A stretch of DNA of 64,000 nucleotides from Saccostrea echinata (Eukaryota), in the NCBI RefSeq assembly GCF_033153115.1, contig NW_026889774.1, positions 19,282,001-19,346,000 of the forward strand, read 5' to 3'. Shown here one piece after another: positions 37,814 to 51,639 of this stretch (positions within the stretch are counted from its first letter, which is position 1; the number at the start of each line of letters is the position of its first letter). A model generated the notes under the pieces. It saw only the letters and a program-made list of their open reading frames with translations, was not told the DNA's origin and searched no databases. A program made the translations under genes and the position numbers.

Positions 37814-38767
37814 GTTTGCTTATTCGGTGGACAAGCTCCGCTTGTATATAGATACCAAGTTTAGCCGAAATCTGGCGAAAAGATGGAGTCTGTCTGGTTA
37901 ACCGGACGCCTCAAGAACAAGCCCGAATTGTTACAGAACAGCCTAAAAAAGCGGAACCAAGAATTTGAATACTAGCATTGAATAGAATTATGATTGAATT
38001 TCTTTCAGTTTTTTAATTTTTTTTTCTTCTTAATTTTGCTTGAAAAACTTGCCCTGGTATCAACAACGTAATCATATTTTTTTGTAATTTGTAGAAGAAT
38101 GGAGATTATAGTTTTTAAAGTAAGAAAAATGTTTAAAAAATGTATGTTAAAAAAGAAAAGAAAATGCATGCATTAGGGTGTTTGGAAAATGTAAATATAT
38201 AAGAAGCCACACAAGAAGTAAAATTTCTTTTTCCCGGTCCAAGAAACCTCTGCCAAAGATTTTTTTATCGACACTAAGTAGGTTCATTCTCAAATCTCAA
38301 AAACATATAAATTATAACATGGGTAAAATTGGAAGTTGTTCACGGGTTTTATTCTGATGATTATGTATCATATTTGAAAGAATAGGAACATAACGTGTTG
38401 AGATTTGGACAACTTAACACCATATTTAAAAGATATTTTTTAAAGACATCATTATTTATTTTCTTATTATTTAATTTTCACCTGTTTTTACTTTACATTT
38501 TTCAGAGTTACTCCTCTTGCACCGATACTGATTTGGTCTGGGAGCTATCAAGCATATGGTATGCTTAGAAAACATCCAAGTTTCCATTAGTTCAAGCCTA
38601 AAGGTTATCTATTACACCATCCCATTGAGTCCGAATCTATTTGCAATACAAGCATATCTAAAATTCTTTTCAAAAATATTTTATCAAAATCAGTACGAAA
38701 TATTATTAGAACTTTTTAGCTAAGCGGCAAGTTTGAATCCATAACATATTAACTAAGTTCTGAAAGT

Positions 38768-38982
38768 ATATCCAAATATGGCACAGGAATGCGCGCATCT
38801 GCTTGCACTTGCATGCATCCTTTCGCTATCATTCCTGTCAAAAATATTCTTGTTCATTTTTCTATGCCAAATATTAGAGCTAGGCATAATTTCACGACCT
38901 TTTAGTTAGACTAGTATGAATCCATCACTGATAAGTTATGCATTAAGAGCATATCCAAATATGGAACAGGTATGCGCTCATC
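38768..38982. promoter_or_regulatory. Duplicated CArG + MCAT module (candidate muscle enhancer) in a myosin 5' UTR intron
   Basis: CCAAATATGG at 38772-38781 and 38955-38964, followed by AGGAATG and AGGTATG respectively; additional CATTCCT at 38830-38836. Confidence 0.7.
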
Positions 38983-38997
38983 AGAATTCAACCTTAC

Positions 38998-39460
38998 CTT
39001 GGATATATTCCGGAGAGAGATGTTTCAAAATACTAAAAATTCACAGAATTATGTAATCCGAAATCAGAAAGATAATCTTTAGCGAAAGTGTAAAACTAAG
39101 GAGGGGTTTAGAAGGAGTAAAGGTGGAAAGTGAAATGCTTAAAACTGGGAAAGTGCATTAAAATCTAGTGAAGGATAAAATGATTTCGGAGATTTGGGTG
39201 GTTTGAATGTAAGGATAGGAAGGGTAGTGGTTAATGTATAAAAGTCAAGAGATATTAGGTTAGGATTTATTTACCACGGAATGAGTAAAGGCACACAAGA
39301 GAGAAAAAAATCCAACATCCGATTTACTTACGATCTGAAGCTGCTCTAACTGCTTCGGTTACACCCTTCAGTTTATATATCCTCAAAAATTTCCGAACAG
39401 AAATAAACAACGACTTGTTTGATTGGAGGGTAGTTGTTACAGCATCAGTCGAGGTCCAAT
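38998..39460 (-). promoter_or_regulatory. Myosin core promoter and two short non-coding exons (about 39351-39332 and 39032-38998)
   Basis: TATATAAA at 39379-39372, Inr-like GCAGTT about 28 nt downstream, CCAAT boxes at about 39422 and 39456, donors GTAAGT and GTAAGG, acceptor ttttag. Confidence 0.65.
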
Positions 39461-40243
39461 CGGAAGACGAGAAAGATTCATATACGAGAAAGATGAGGAT
39501 ACTACAAAAGGAATACGATTGCTCAGCTGTTCTGTGCCAAGAGTCGAATAACGGTATGGAACCATGAATCTATTAATAACTTTGCATAATAAGCGCACTG
39601 CGTGGGGGATGTATGGGGGACGTGTTTGCTTATCTGTCTGGATATCGTCTGCTTACATAATTATTGTTAATTATAAACTCAATGGGATTACTTTTCCTTG
39701 TCGTCGTGTTTGTGTCTTATTAGTAAATAGACAGGACAATACAATTTGAAATGTAACGGAATATTTTATTATGCATATATATGAAAATTCCATGTTTTCA
39801 ATCTGTTATACTGTTGTCTATTTAAAAAAAATGATTTTGCACATTTTAAAAAAGATTTTGATTTCTTCGTACTTGTATTTCGATAAAAGATTTCAACGAG
39901 GTAAAGAAATTGTTAACTCCTCGTTTCTGGCTTTAGTCATTCGAAAAAAAAAATATTGAAATTACATGTATTTTGAAATTTATGATAAATTAAACCTGTA
40001 ATACGCGAATATGCAGCTAATTGCAGGCATGGACATACGTGAATTTTTAAACTCGTATACACTCAAATTTCTATATACAATGTACCTGTATTTCAAAGCT
40101 GGAGGAGGGGGCTTTCATTATTTGGAATTGACAAGCATATAAGGGACTCACGGAAATTTAATCAAATGAAAAATGTTTTATTTCTGAAAAAAAAACCCGC
40201 AGAATTCCACGTTTAATTAATATCACGGAAATTATCCAAGAGC

Positions 40244-40354
40244 ATATTGTCTTTCACTAATTAACAATTTTCAATTGCCATTGAGTACATGACTAATTAA
40301 ATTAGTCATGTACTTATTGGCAATTGAAAATTGTTAATTAGTGAAAGACAATAT
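40244..40354. repeat. 111-bp near-perfect palindrome
   Basis: Arms of about 55 bp with 2 mismatches and essentially no spacer. Confidence 0.9.
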
Positions 40355-43300
40355 CATAAAAACAAATAAAGTCTTGTCATTTTTTATATATTTTTAAATC
40401 TTTTAAAAGTTAAATATTAAAGCTTTTAAAATAAGTTGAAATTCTGAGAAATAAAACCAACGACTTTTATTGCAGTAAATAATATCTTTTGATAATTGAT
40501 ATCATCTTGCGATTCAGAGAAAGTTGCATATCTGAATTATGTATGCAAATGTTGGTTATGGAACACACTCTTCGTGTATCAGCAGTTTTTCTGCAAATCG
40601 TCTGTAATTAATTTGCGTTCACTTGATGAAAGGTCATATTGGCGCGTGCAGGCATTACGCGCGTGGTCTGTATCGTATAGACGAAATCAGAACCAGCAGG
40701 GAGGGATTTGTGGACGAGGTTCATATTGCACAGAAGTGTATGTGCTGGAATCTTCATCACCAGTTTAAATGTTTGTTTTATTGTTTCAAGTAAAACGAAT
40801 GCTTCTTAATGCCAAGTTTTATATAGTCTGTTTATTGGAAAGGAAAATGATCCAACCATTTAAGGACCATCTATACACTAATGAAAAAAATAATTTGCGG
40901 AAAATATGTCGTGCAAATGATATAAATATTGAGTATATCTACTTCATATTTAATATAATACACTGATAATTTTCTGGTATCCACATGAACATGTCCAAAG
41001 ACAACAAAGTATTTGTAAACAGAAATCAATGTTCCTTACTTACATGCATATAAATTGCAATAAAAAATCATAATGCAACTTCGTCAAATAAAATGTTAGG
41101 AATACTTGAATCGATTACAAATTCAGAAGAACACTCTAGATTTAATTTATTTTTATTTCAAATATAAGGGCAGTAATACCATGTAATTAGAACCGTCAGG
41201 AAAAGAAAGACGTTACGAAAAAAAACGAAAAGACGTTCAAACACTACAATATGTATGTTGAATACTTGATAATTGCAATTCAGTTCGTCTCATGCATGTT
41301 AAATGCCGTCCGTTTTTTAGAGAAATGATTATCCCCACCTCAAATCAACGCTAAAACTATAACTGTTCTGAAATTATGATTCTCGAAATACACTGCACAA
41401 ATATTTCTTATTCTTGCATTGATGGACCTTCAAGTACATGAATAATTTTGCGAAAATACGTGTATTTACCCATTGCAGTAAATTATTTCGAATAAAATTA
41501 ATTTTAAAAATTGCATACAATTTATATTTTTAGAACTAATTCCTGACCTTGAAAGAAAATATTTACATGTTGTTCATGTATAAGGGCGCAGGCAATTCAT
41601 TCATACTCAACATATTACTCGTGTATATTTGGCGGAATGTGAAAATAAGCTCCTAAGCGCCATCGTTGTTGTATTTGCTTAGAGTTTTGATTAATAGTAT
41701 ATATCTAAAACAGATGGCATGCTTCTAAGAATCGCGCACACTTGTTTTCAGTCAGAACAAGACATCGGCTGCATGCCTGGTTTGTTAATTACCGCACTCT
41801 TGTACTCCCACGACAAAACTGACATGCAAGGGCATTCCATGGAACATCCAATGGAAATATGTTAACAATATGTTCGTTAATTTTCTTTAGATGTTGCGAT
41901 TGTCTTTTCTGATTGTCTTTTTTTTTTTTGGCTACATCTTTCAACTTCATGGATAAATTTCAAGATTTAATTCATGAAAAACAGATCTCGAAAATGATTC
42001 AATGTTATTCAATATATTTTTTTAATTTCTTTTCTTTTTTTCCTTTTTAATTTTTCTTGGTGCGTGATTATCAACAGCACAAACTGACAGTGTTTATTGT
42101 GTTAATATCAATTTACGTAGGAAAAACGTCAAAGGAACAATTAAAGGAGAACGCATGGAATCGCAGGATCTTTGTAAAACACATTTTATCTAAACTAGAA
42201 ACGTCTGAAAGGTTAAGAACGATCAGTGGTAGAGTCTGTAGAGGTGCATTGACTCTTAGCCAACAATTTTCTTCAATAACTGCATTAACATAAAAAAGAC
42301 GAGTGATAATTCCCGATTCTGTTATTTTTCTCCGAAGTTTGAAATGAGCTTAGAAATAGTCTTATTCTCAAGTTAAATGGATATGAAGTAAAACGTTTCA
42401 TTTTATGAAATAATATAAAATAACACATATTAATTTTCTTAAAGAAAGAACCTGTGGGAATTTGACCAAAGGACTCTTGAATGACCACAGCGGGGGGTGC
42501 CCATTTATCGCTACCACCAAGAGCTATGTAAATAGCAACGTGTTATTATCATGTCTGAGCTTAACCCCCTCCCTTTCCCCACAGTCTGAAAAGTCATCGA
42601 ATTTCAAACCACCTCTTCATGAAGACTTGATTTGTCGCATATGTTTATTAATCTAACTTGTATTAATATAAGAACAAGTTATCTTGATCAATGAAAATTG
42701 ATTAAAATCAATGAAAAATAGTGTGTAAATGATTATTGAATTAAAAAAAAATCACCTTTTCTTTTCTGAACATTTAATGAACAAATAATTATTTACATTA
42801 AATGAATAACTAGAAAAAAATCTTTTTAAAAATCAAGGTAATCTAGAGTAATCAGAGGTAATCATGATTACATGTAAGAAAAAGTAATCTTATGTAATCG
42901 ATTAGTTTAAAAATATGAATGTACTAAGCTTACTATTGATTACTTTGAAAATCCAAAGTAACTATAATTTAATAGATTACTTTTGAAAGTAATTGACCCC
43001 AACCCCGACCTTTAAAAAAAAATAAAAATTGATTTTACCAGCTTTTACTAAAGCTATAAAGTGATTAGAAATGCTTGATAGATATTTACAAAATACTAAA
43101 TAAAATAACCAACATTTTTACTACAAAAATTAAACACATAAATTTTAAGTTAATATTTTGACATTCGACGTTTCGTTAATCGTTTTTGGATCATAGATTA
43201 AGAAGTGTTTATAATTGATATATTTCATGAATAAGTTACAGGATTAGATAATTTTGTTCTCAATTTTCGTGAATCAATTTAGATTCCTTATTTATTACAA

Positions 43301-43453
43301 GAGACGTTTTATCAATGTAACTACTAGTATTTTAAAGCTTTAAAACATTACAATGTACAACAACACTATGTATGGACATTTCATACGTTCTACTGCTCAT
43401 GGAAAAAATTATCTTTATTGCATTTTTTTAAAAATTTAAATTCGATACATATG

Positions 43454-43800
43454 GAGACAACGAACAGTAATCTAGCTCAAAAGCCCATTTAAACAAAACA
43501 GGGAGCAGGGCAAACACGGACCTCTAAAAGCATCAGAGGTGGGATCAGGTGCCATGGAGGAGTAAGCATACCTTGTTGACCAGTCACACCCGCCGTGTGC
43601 GCCTTGTCATGATCGGGCAAACGGAAAAATCCGTAGACAATTCAGAGTGTAAATAATGACCTAACAATTACATGTAGTATGAAAAACATCAGTCAGCATT
43701 CGACTTAATGATAGATTGTATTTGCTGACAAGGTCAATGTATCGACCATAGAACTTGCGAAACGTTGACTTCAAACGAGACTGTTGATATCCTTGTTTCA
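43454..43800 (+). repeat. Interspersed repeat; a second partial copy lies at about 62445-62572
   Basis: Both sites share ACGAACAGTAATC.AGCTCAAAA..GGACCTCT..GATCAGGTGCCATG.AGGAGTAAGCAT. Confidence 0.65.
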
Positions 43801-46039
43801 TGCATTTGTTTGTCAATAGCTTGCCCCGTTTTAGAATTTGTTCGTACGTAGTATCGAATCAAGTCGAGTTGAAGGCCACAGCAAGTGTCTTCTTTTTCTA
43901 TAAGTTTCTGAAAAAAATCTGCTTCAAATGAATATCAAAATTAATTCAAGTTTATATTAATTCTATTATATGAACATTTCAGTGATTTATTCACAGAGAA
44001 GCTCAGGTAGATAATTAAACACCTTTTTTGCATGTCTAATTATGTATGTCTCTGATGTGTATGGTTCCGCCCAAAGGAGAGATTTCGGAGTACTCAAGCT
44101 TTCCTGTACCTGCTCCGAGAAAGAAGGAGTTTTAATTTTTTTTAAAGAGTAACCACGATGAATGATGATTTAACATGATATTAACTAACTGCTGGGTTTT
44201 CATGCGGTGATTTCGACGTTATATAAAGCTCATCTGATAATCCTCTATTTGTTTCATCAATGTTTATGTTTGTTTAGCAGATGATCGACAAAGACTGTAA
44301 ATATCACTGGTCTTAAGATCGCCTTAACACTACTTCATACTGGGAGTGCCGGGTAAAAGCGATCTGAAGGCCTGTGGTATAATCTTTGACCAAATGACCC
44401 AGAATACTGTGGAGGTCTCCCTCTACACCCCTCCCCCCCCCCTTCCGTAGTAAATATGAAGTATGATTTCTCAAGTTATACTTCGTGCTACAAGTTTGAA
44501 GTTTTGAACTTACGAGTAATGAATGGTAGACCACAACATTTCCCTGAAAAAAAAAAAAAACGCTTTCTAGTTACATGTCTGTAAAAATGTACTCTGTAAA
44601 AAGGTAAAAATAATATATCAAATATATCAGGATATCAAATAAATTGGATGAAAACATACAGAGAATAAATCAGAAATATATTTCTTCATTATATTATATG
44701 TTACCTGGATCTTTCTCTATAATTTGGATAATTTTTTCCGAATTATTTTATTTATTTTAATGTATTTGGGATCAAAACGAATGACTAAAATTATTGCTTT
44801 TCATATTTTGTTTAATGGTAACAGATGTATAGTTGTTTTCCCAAATATGTTTATCATTCCAATTTTGCATGCAAGCTATTTAATCCATATTTGAATTTTG
44901 GAAGTATGACCAGAAAAAAGATAAATGCTGGGTGAACGAATTTCGATCTTCATATAAATTACTAGTATATGTTACGCATTTTTATAATCCATAAGCGTTG
45001 GAAGCAAAACAGAGGGGAGGGCTTACTTCAATGAACAAAGAATCACGCACGCTAACTCTCAATTCCCGCCTACGTTTTAAGCCCATTTAATTCAAAATAA
45101 ATGGCAGTTTGGTCATTAAAACTTGATTTAATGCAAAGAAAAGTTCATTATTAATTGATTAATAATTTTAAAACCAGTGTCAAACACTTGATTGCTCTTA
45201 TTTATGACTCTTTTCAAAAGGGAAGTTGAAAATTTTATCCATTCAAATCAGGCTTTAAAAATCGCTAGATTTTCAAAAACGCATGGAATGGATAAATGAC
45301 TCTTAAACTTTCCGTATGTTTAAATTTTGTAAAATTCAACATAATAGATTGATAAAAGACCTTATTTTATTTGTAATCTCATTTGAAAGCGGTTATAAAA
45401 TGATCCCCCCCCCCCATGAAACAACAAAAGCTTTGGTATGAATTTGTGAAATAACAATTCACAAAACCCATAAAACGGAACTTTTGTTTCACGGGGGGGG
45501 GGGGGGATCCAAATAAGTTATGTTCTATGAAAATTCACATAAATATCTATATAAATATTTAAAATCATTCAATTATGTTAACTTTTGAATTGACTTGGAG
45601 GTAGGCGGCAGAAAAATACTATCGTTCGCAGTTCTTTCTTTACTTACAAAACAACATTAATGTTGTATCAGTAAAATCTCTGGACAAATCGCAACAATCT
45701 CACAAATATTGAAATTATTTGTCTATGAACTAGCATACATACACCAAAGAGGGCAAAAATGATCAATTCTTCATACTTAAATACAATATTTCAATATGAG
45801 TGGGTCTTCGCTCCATTTTTTTTTTTTTGAAAAATTTTATTCAAAATATGCGTTAAAATATCCATTCCTTTGCTAATAAAAACATGGAATTAAAGAAGCA
45901 TTCACTATGTTCGTTTCTGGTCCAGAGATTCTGGAGATTTTTTTTTAAATGATACACTTAATTTTCACCAGTTCCTTTATTTCCATTGAAAGGAGATGTG
46001 GTCAATCATATCAACAAATGTGAATACCCTTTACCAAGT

Positions 46040-46790
46040 GGTGTTATTGAATAACAGTTACCAAAGGGTGCTATGTAGTCCGTTTAGTTAAAATTAGCTC
46101 AGTGGTTCTGGAGAAAAAGTTGAAAATCTGAAAAGATTACAGACAACACATGATAGACATATATACAGACTGACGCCGGACACCCTTAGATCAGAAAAGT
46201 TCACTTGAGCCTTTGGTACAGGTGAGTTAAAAAGGAAAAATGAAAATCTTTCAAAATGCTTCTCAAAACTTGGTGCAACTTTAATTAGCATCGGTACAAT
46301 TAACTATAAAAATGAAAAACTGTCAAAAGTGTTTCAAATTCAGATTATATATGCTTTTGTTTTAAAAACCAGTAGTGCTACAGTCTCATTAGAAGTGACT
46401 GATTTTGTTTGTTTGTCGTTAGCTCAACAATGGTTTGTCAAATATCTTTTTAGCGTCAGGTCATTTTTCACATTTTCAACTTCTCAAGAACTCCCTGACC
46501 ATTTTCAACCAAACTTGGCATAAAACAAGCTTCTGTAAATGGGATTCAAGTTTTTTCAACGGAAAGTCACATCCCTGTCAAGGAGATATAATTAAGAAAT
46601 AATGAAAATAGGGTGGGGTCATTAACTCTTTTTCCCGAGAACAGTTAAGCCAGAAAAGATAAAAAATTTTCCTATTTCATGAAGATACAAAGTGATTCAA
46701 ATTATTGCATCTGAGATAATAGTATCGGGGCCAAAATATTACACAGAAAACAAGAAACCTTTCGGCCACAATGCTCGCCTTAGCCACAAT
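46040..46790. mobile_element. Degraded HINE remnants in opposite orientations
   Basis: Reverse-complement HINE 5' end (TCACTTGAGC..CAGGTGAGTTAAAAA, 46201-46233) and forward TTTCAACCAAACTTGGCA-type body sequence resembling 3411-4392. Confidence 0.5.
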
Positions 46791-49021
46791 CCTCGTTTTG
46801 AAAAAAAAAAGAAAGATTTGTTTAAGTAGATAAATGAAATCCCTTATTGGGGTCACCAAAAAAGTCTATGATATCAATAATCTGCACGTTCACTACAGTA
46901 CATATTCAAAATTGCAGTCATGGTGTTATTGTGAATGTCAATATACAAGGTATTTCTGCAGAAGAATCTCTTCCCAAGTCGTGGACCATTCCTTGCTCTG
47001 TTGGACGTAATAAGTTATTTTTATAAAAAAAAAACCCTGACCTTATTTTGCAGTCCCAACCAGGCTATTTGGTCTCAATCAATTTTTTAAATCTATACTT
47101 CAGAAAATCTTCATATAGTCAAACTAACTAACTGAAGACTTGCTGGGGTTTTTTTTTCTTGGGAACTTTTCTAGTACCCCTGTCCTCATAAATAGATACC
47201 GCCGAATGCTTTTCACTGTATGAGATCGCATGAGCGCCATTTAAACTAATATCTGTCGTTTATAATTCGATGTAAGCAGAGCTGGAGATGCATGTAAATA
47301 GGTTACAAACAATGCAGAGAAAAACAACTCAGCATGCTAAATATATACATGTCGTATTGTTTACATGTTGTCTGCTGCAGCTGTAAATACCTCATATTGA
47401 GACGGTACTGTTTGTAAATGGGCTATTATAAATTCATATTTTTACATCTGAATTTTATAACTTTTCTCACCATTAATTTTTCTTAACCTTTTACCTTTCA
47501 GTTATCAAAAAGTTTAAAAATTAGCATTGCAATGTAATCTGTAGCAATTAATTCTCAAAAGTTCCCTAGAATGACTGAACTAAGTACTACAACTTGTAGA
47601 GTGCTTACTATCTCTGTCTGCATTGCTAGATCACTGTAAATTTTTTTTCATATATACAGTGTGCCAATTCTTTATCACGGAAACTCAAAGTTGCAAGGGT
47701 AATATGAGGCCATTAAAATATATATATATTGTAGTTGCCAGATAGCATACTGATTTTGTACCTGGCAATCTTGCAATTTCCGTGAATGTCTACGTGGAAT
47801 ATTGGGATGAAGACAGGCTTAAAATTTGTGCAAGCAGAAAGAAAGTGGAAGACATTTAATCGTTGTTGTTTTTTCTTTCTGCGAGCAGTCCTGTTTCAAT
47901 CACGGCTGAAGTCAGGCGAAGGTTTCCCTTGGATAATAATTAATGGATGAAACAAAACAATCTCATTTTTAAAATAATATTTTATTTCAACAATAAAAAG
48001 CAAGTACTATATACAAACATACTAAGTTAAGGAGTGACCCAGCATTTCCTTGTCAATGATTCTGATGATGATGTTTTGTAGATTGTGAATGAGTTAAAAG
48101 AAGAAAAGAAATAACGCGTTTTCAATTTAGAATAAAAATCTTTTTCAAACAATCTTTAAAAACAGAGAAAGTTTCTGAAAAAAAGAGAAAGTATGATATT
48201 CAAAGGTCCTTGGTTTTATTAAAAATTATAATTCAAACTTTGGATCTCAAAAAGCTTCAAATATAAAATGTATAAAAAGAATAAACATGTTTGTAGAGAA
48301 AATTGTAAATCTGTGAATTTCAAACTCATTAAAATTAAACTATATTTTTATTTATGAAACCAAACTAACTTAAGGAAGGAATTTTGAGGATAGGATTTAA
48401 TTGGTAAACAAATCAAAATAATATGCAAATGCATTGTCAAACTTCATATTCTTCAACATCATGACTGTTTTAGCCATTTAAACTAAACTGGCGGATCACC
48501 CAAAGGCATGCTCTTCAAAGCATCAACCAATGTGTTCTATATAAAATATTGTCTATGTACATTCATACTAAATGCCCCACAACAATGCGATGTAGAAAGG
48601 AGGAGGAGTGAACACAAAATTTGAGCACAGTAGAACCGGATCCATTGTTACTTTGGCATATAGATACACATGCAAGAAATGCAGCAAAATGTGCTGTACA
48701 TGTAACACAGTTTTCATACAGTCAAACACGACCCCATAAAAAAGTGTATAGCACACAATTCAAGTACTGTACAGTGGTAATCTGATGGTGGCATTTGTCG
48801 ATCATTTGCGCCCATGCAGACATATCCTGCAAAAAAGGATATATATATAATGTTAAAACAAAAGTATTATACAGTATATTTATCAAGCTGTACAACATTG
48901 AATAATTAATATTTTTATTATACAAATTTAAATTTTTCTAGAAAATTTGATTTCAGTTATTATTGACTTTGACTGTTTATTTCTTTGTAAAATAGTATCT
49001 CATTTTGAAAGAATATCGGTG

Positions 49022-49270
49022 CAGGTGCGGATCCAGGAATTTTTTCCGGGTGGGGGGGGGGGGGGTTCCACACCATTCAGAGAATTTCCAACCCAGGAAT
49101 TTCTTGATAAAAACCCCCCACCTAAATTCCAAAATTTAGGGGAGGGGGCAAAGTAGTTTTTTTTATTTGCTTCAGTATATACTTTTAATAACTCTGCAAA
49201 TTCCAGGGGGGGGGGGGGGTCCGCACCTCCCCCCCCCCACCTCGACCCCCCACCTCTAGATCCGCGCATG
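49022..49270. mobile_element. G/C-tract MITE with 5-bp TSD CGGTG
   Basis: Ends CAGGTGCGGATCCAG / CTAGATCCGCGCATG; CGGTG at 49017-49021 and 49271-49275. Confidence 0.8.
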
Positions 49271-49303
49271 CGGTGGTTTCACTCACAAATATCAGTCTCC
49301 TCC

Positions 49304-49905
49304 TTAGTAGATGTAAAACGAGGAGTTCAAGTCCTGTTTCCTGGAGACTTTGTGACGTCTCTGTTCTGGTATGTTACGGCGCATGGGTCTGTGCTCGTAA
49401 TTGACTCTAGCCAACCATTCCATCTGTGAGAAATATTTCAGTTTAATGTGACTCACAACCGACCAGAAAACAACGATATATAATACTTGATTAAAAAAAA
49501 CGCAGAAACTTATGTACATCTTACACAAGTGCAAAAGAAAAAGTGTTTATTAATGTGTGTTGTTCAGACACTGAGAATGCGTCCAACACTAACCTGGTGC
49601 GTAGGTTGTGGTATGGTGGGAAGCTCCCTACGCTCCTCAGACTTGTTGATGGCATGGGTCAACTCATACTGATATAAAAAACATTCTTATGAAATACAGA
49701 ATCAGTCATATAACCATCCAAAAATAAGACTTTTTGGACATTAATATAAACAGAAATATATCTTGATGTTTTACATATGTATATACATGTAAAATGCTCT
49801 CACTCTTGACTCTTACCCAGTCTTTAATGTGCTCTCTCCATGCGTGAGCAGCAGAAGTAAAGACTTGTTTACACTGGGAAGAAAGTATAGAAACTATAAA
49901 AGCTA

Positions 49906-49947
<42 letters not shown>

Positions 49948-51535
49948 AAGAGAGAGAAACTTACAGCTGATTTGGCCGCCAAGGCAAGCATCACCTCGTA
50001 CCACTGACGACTGTCATCTGAAGAGATGTCTATGCGGCGCTAGAATTAAAAGAAAGGGTCATTGAATGTTCTGAGGGATGCAAATTGTGCATTTTTTACC
50101 CGTCCCATCTGCAACACCAAATACAAATAGAATAGAGGGCCCCTTCACCTTTTCATAAATAACTATATAAATATTTGATTTGTATACCATATGAATCTTA
50201 CAATTGCTACATTGCATATTCATGAACATGAATATTTGCATATACATGTACATGAATATAAAAGTCAAAACTTGGAAAAATTAAAGTAATATTGCACATG
50301 AAGTGGGAGCAAGTGCTAATATTAGGGAACTGCAAGGGCGGATCCAACAGGGAGGAGGGTTAGACCCTCAATTCTCCAGAATGTTCAGTTTTAGTAGATT
50401 TAAAAGTAGATGAAAATGGCTTTGACACCCGTGCTTAAGAAATGTGGACCGTTCCTAGGATCTTAATAAAATGTACATTCACATGAAGTAAAGACGTTTT
50501 GTCTCTGTGATAGCTACCCCATCCTACCCACCCCACCCCTTCCCCACAAAAATATATTTTCGTGTTTGGCGATTTTTTTTAATCTTTGCTAGACAGAAAA
50601 AGAAACCGGGTGATACTTCTTCCTTTTTCGACTGGAACTGAATCCCCAAAACAAAAATTCTGAATCCACCCTTGAATCTTCTCAAGGGGGAAACTCGAAC
50701 AACAGTTGTTGCTCAATACGCTCCCCTTCGTTTATAAACATAATAATGACAGGATATAATTGATAAGTTTCTAAGAATGACAACAATCTCCCAATCAATA
50801 TCATGCATAAAAAAGTAAGTTTATAAATGGGTGAGACCTAAAGTTATTACAGCTGAAATAACAACGATATTTTGGAGTAAACCAGTTATTGCTAGTTTTT
50901 TTCCTCCTGTTGTAATCCAGTCTGATTAAAATCAAATCTTCACTAGCTCCTTTTTATTTTGATTGTCGCGTGACAATCAAAATAGATAGGACCAAGTGAA
51001 GGTTTGATTTTAATCAGACTAATTGTAATCATGTTTTGTTCTTTTTATCTTAAAAATAAAAATAATCCCAAGCGTTACATATGTTATTTTGAGAAAGAGG
51101 TGAAAAAATTATTTTATTTTTTTCTTGTTTTTGTGTGTATGTGATTTTCATGTAACAGAGTTTTCACATAGATTATCTTTACTATATATATCTACCATAC
51201 CCTTACTTGACCCCCCCCCCCCCCCTTTTATGCTTGAAGATTTGCCTCTATTTATTAATTTTCTTAACGTTTGAGAATGGTTGCATGCTTTCAAAATTTT
51301 TACTCGAATGAAGTCAAGAAATAGTTTGCGCATTAAACATGCTGAGAGATTAAGAATTACATGATGTTTTATCAGGCATTCCTATTTGGACATGTCTATG
51401 TAAACGGTAAATGGACGAAATGGCACGGTATCTCAGAAAGACAAGCATTTAAGACCACTGAAATTTTATTTCCTGAAGAATTACCCTCTTAGATACACTG
51501 TTGCTCTTTCTCTCGGAAGATCTTTCTCTTTTCAT
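49304..51535 (-). CDS. Unrecognised 125-aa basic protein; exons 51535-51485, 50039-49965, 49873-49817, 49668-49594, 49423-49304
   Basis: Five exons with consensus splice sites, all phase 0, join into one open frame: MKRERSSERKSNSVSKRRRIDISSDDSRQWYEVMLALAAKSACKQVFTSAAHAWREHIKDWYELTHAINKSEERRELPTIPQPTHQMEWLARVNYEHRPMRRNIPEQRRHKVSRKQDLNSSFYIY*. Confidence 0.72.
49911..49957. repeat. (AG)n microsatellite
   Basis: Directly visible; fills half of a 91-nt intron. Confidence 0.95.
50333..50674. mobile_element. Degenerate MITE
   Basis: Ends CAAGGGCGGATCCA / GAATCCACCCTTG; no clean TSD. Confidence 0.55.
50918..51021. mobile_element. 104-bp foldback element with an 8-9-bp flanking direct repeat
   Basis: AGTCTGATTAAAATCAAA..TTTGATTTTAATCAGACT arms; TTGTAATC at 50910-50917 and 51023-51030. 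Confidence 0.75.
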
Positions 51536-51639
51536 AGTGATATTTGAGATTTTTGTCGCTCTTTGAAAAGCTCGTCTACTCGCCACTGATTGAAATGAGT
51601 AACTAACAACAGTAACCAAAACGCAACGCTACCTAGCAG

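Noticed and set aside
48568-48925. Short ORFs as a coding last exon of the orphan gene
   Set aside because: The preceding exon already has an in-frame TAA, so this is treated as 3' UTR. Skipping that exon could make it coding, but nothing supports that.
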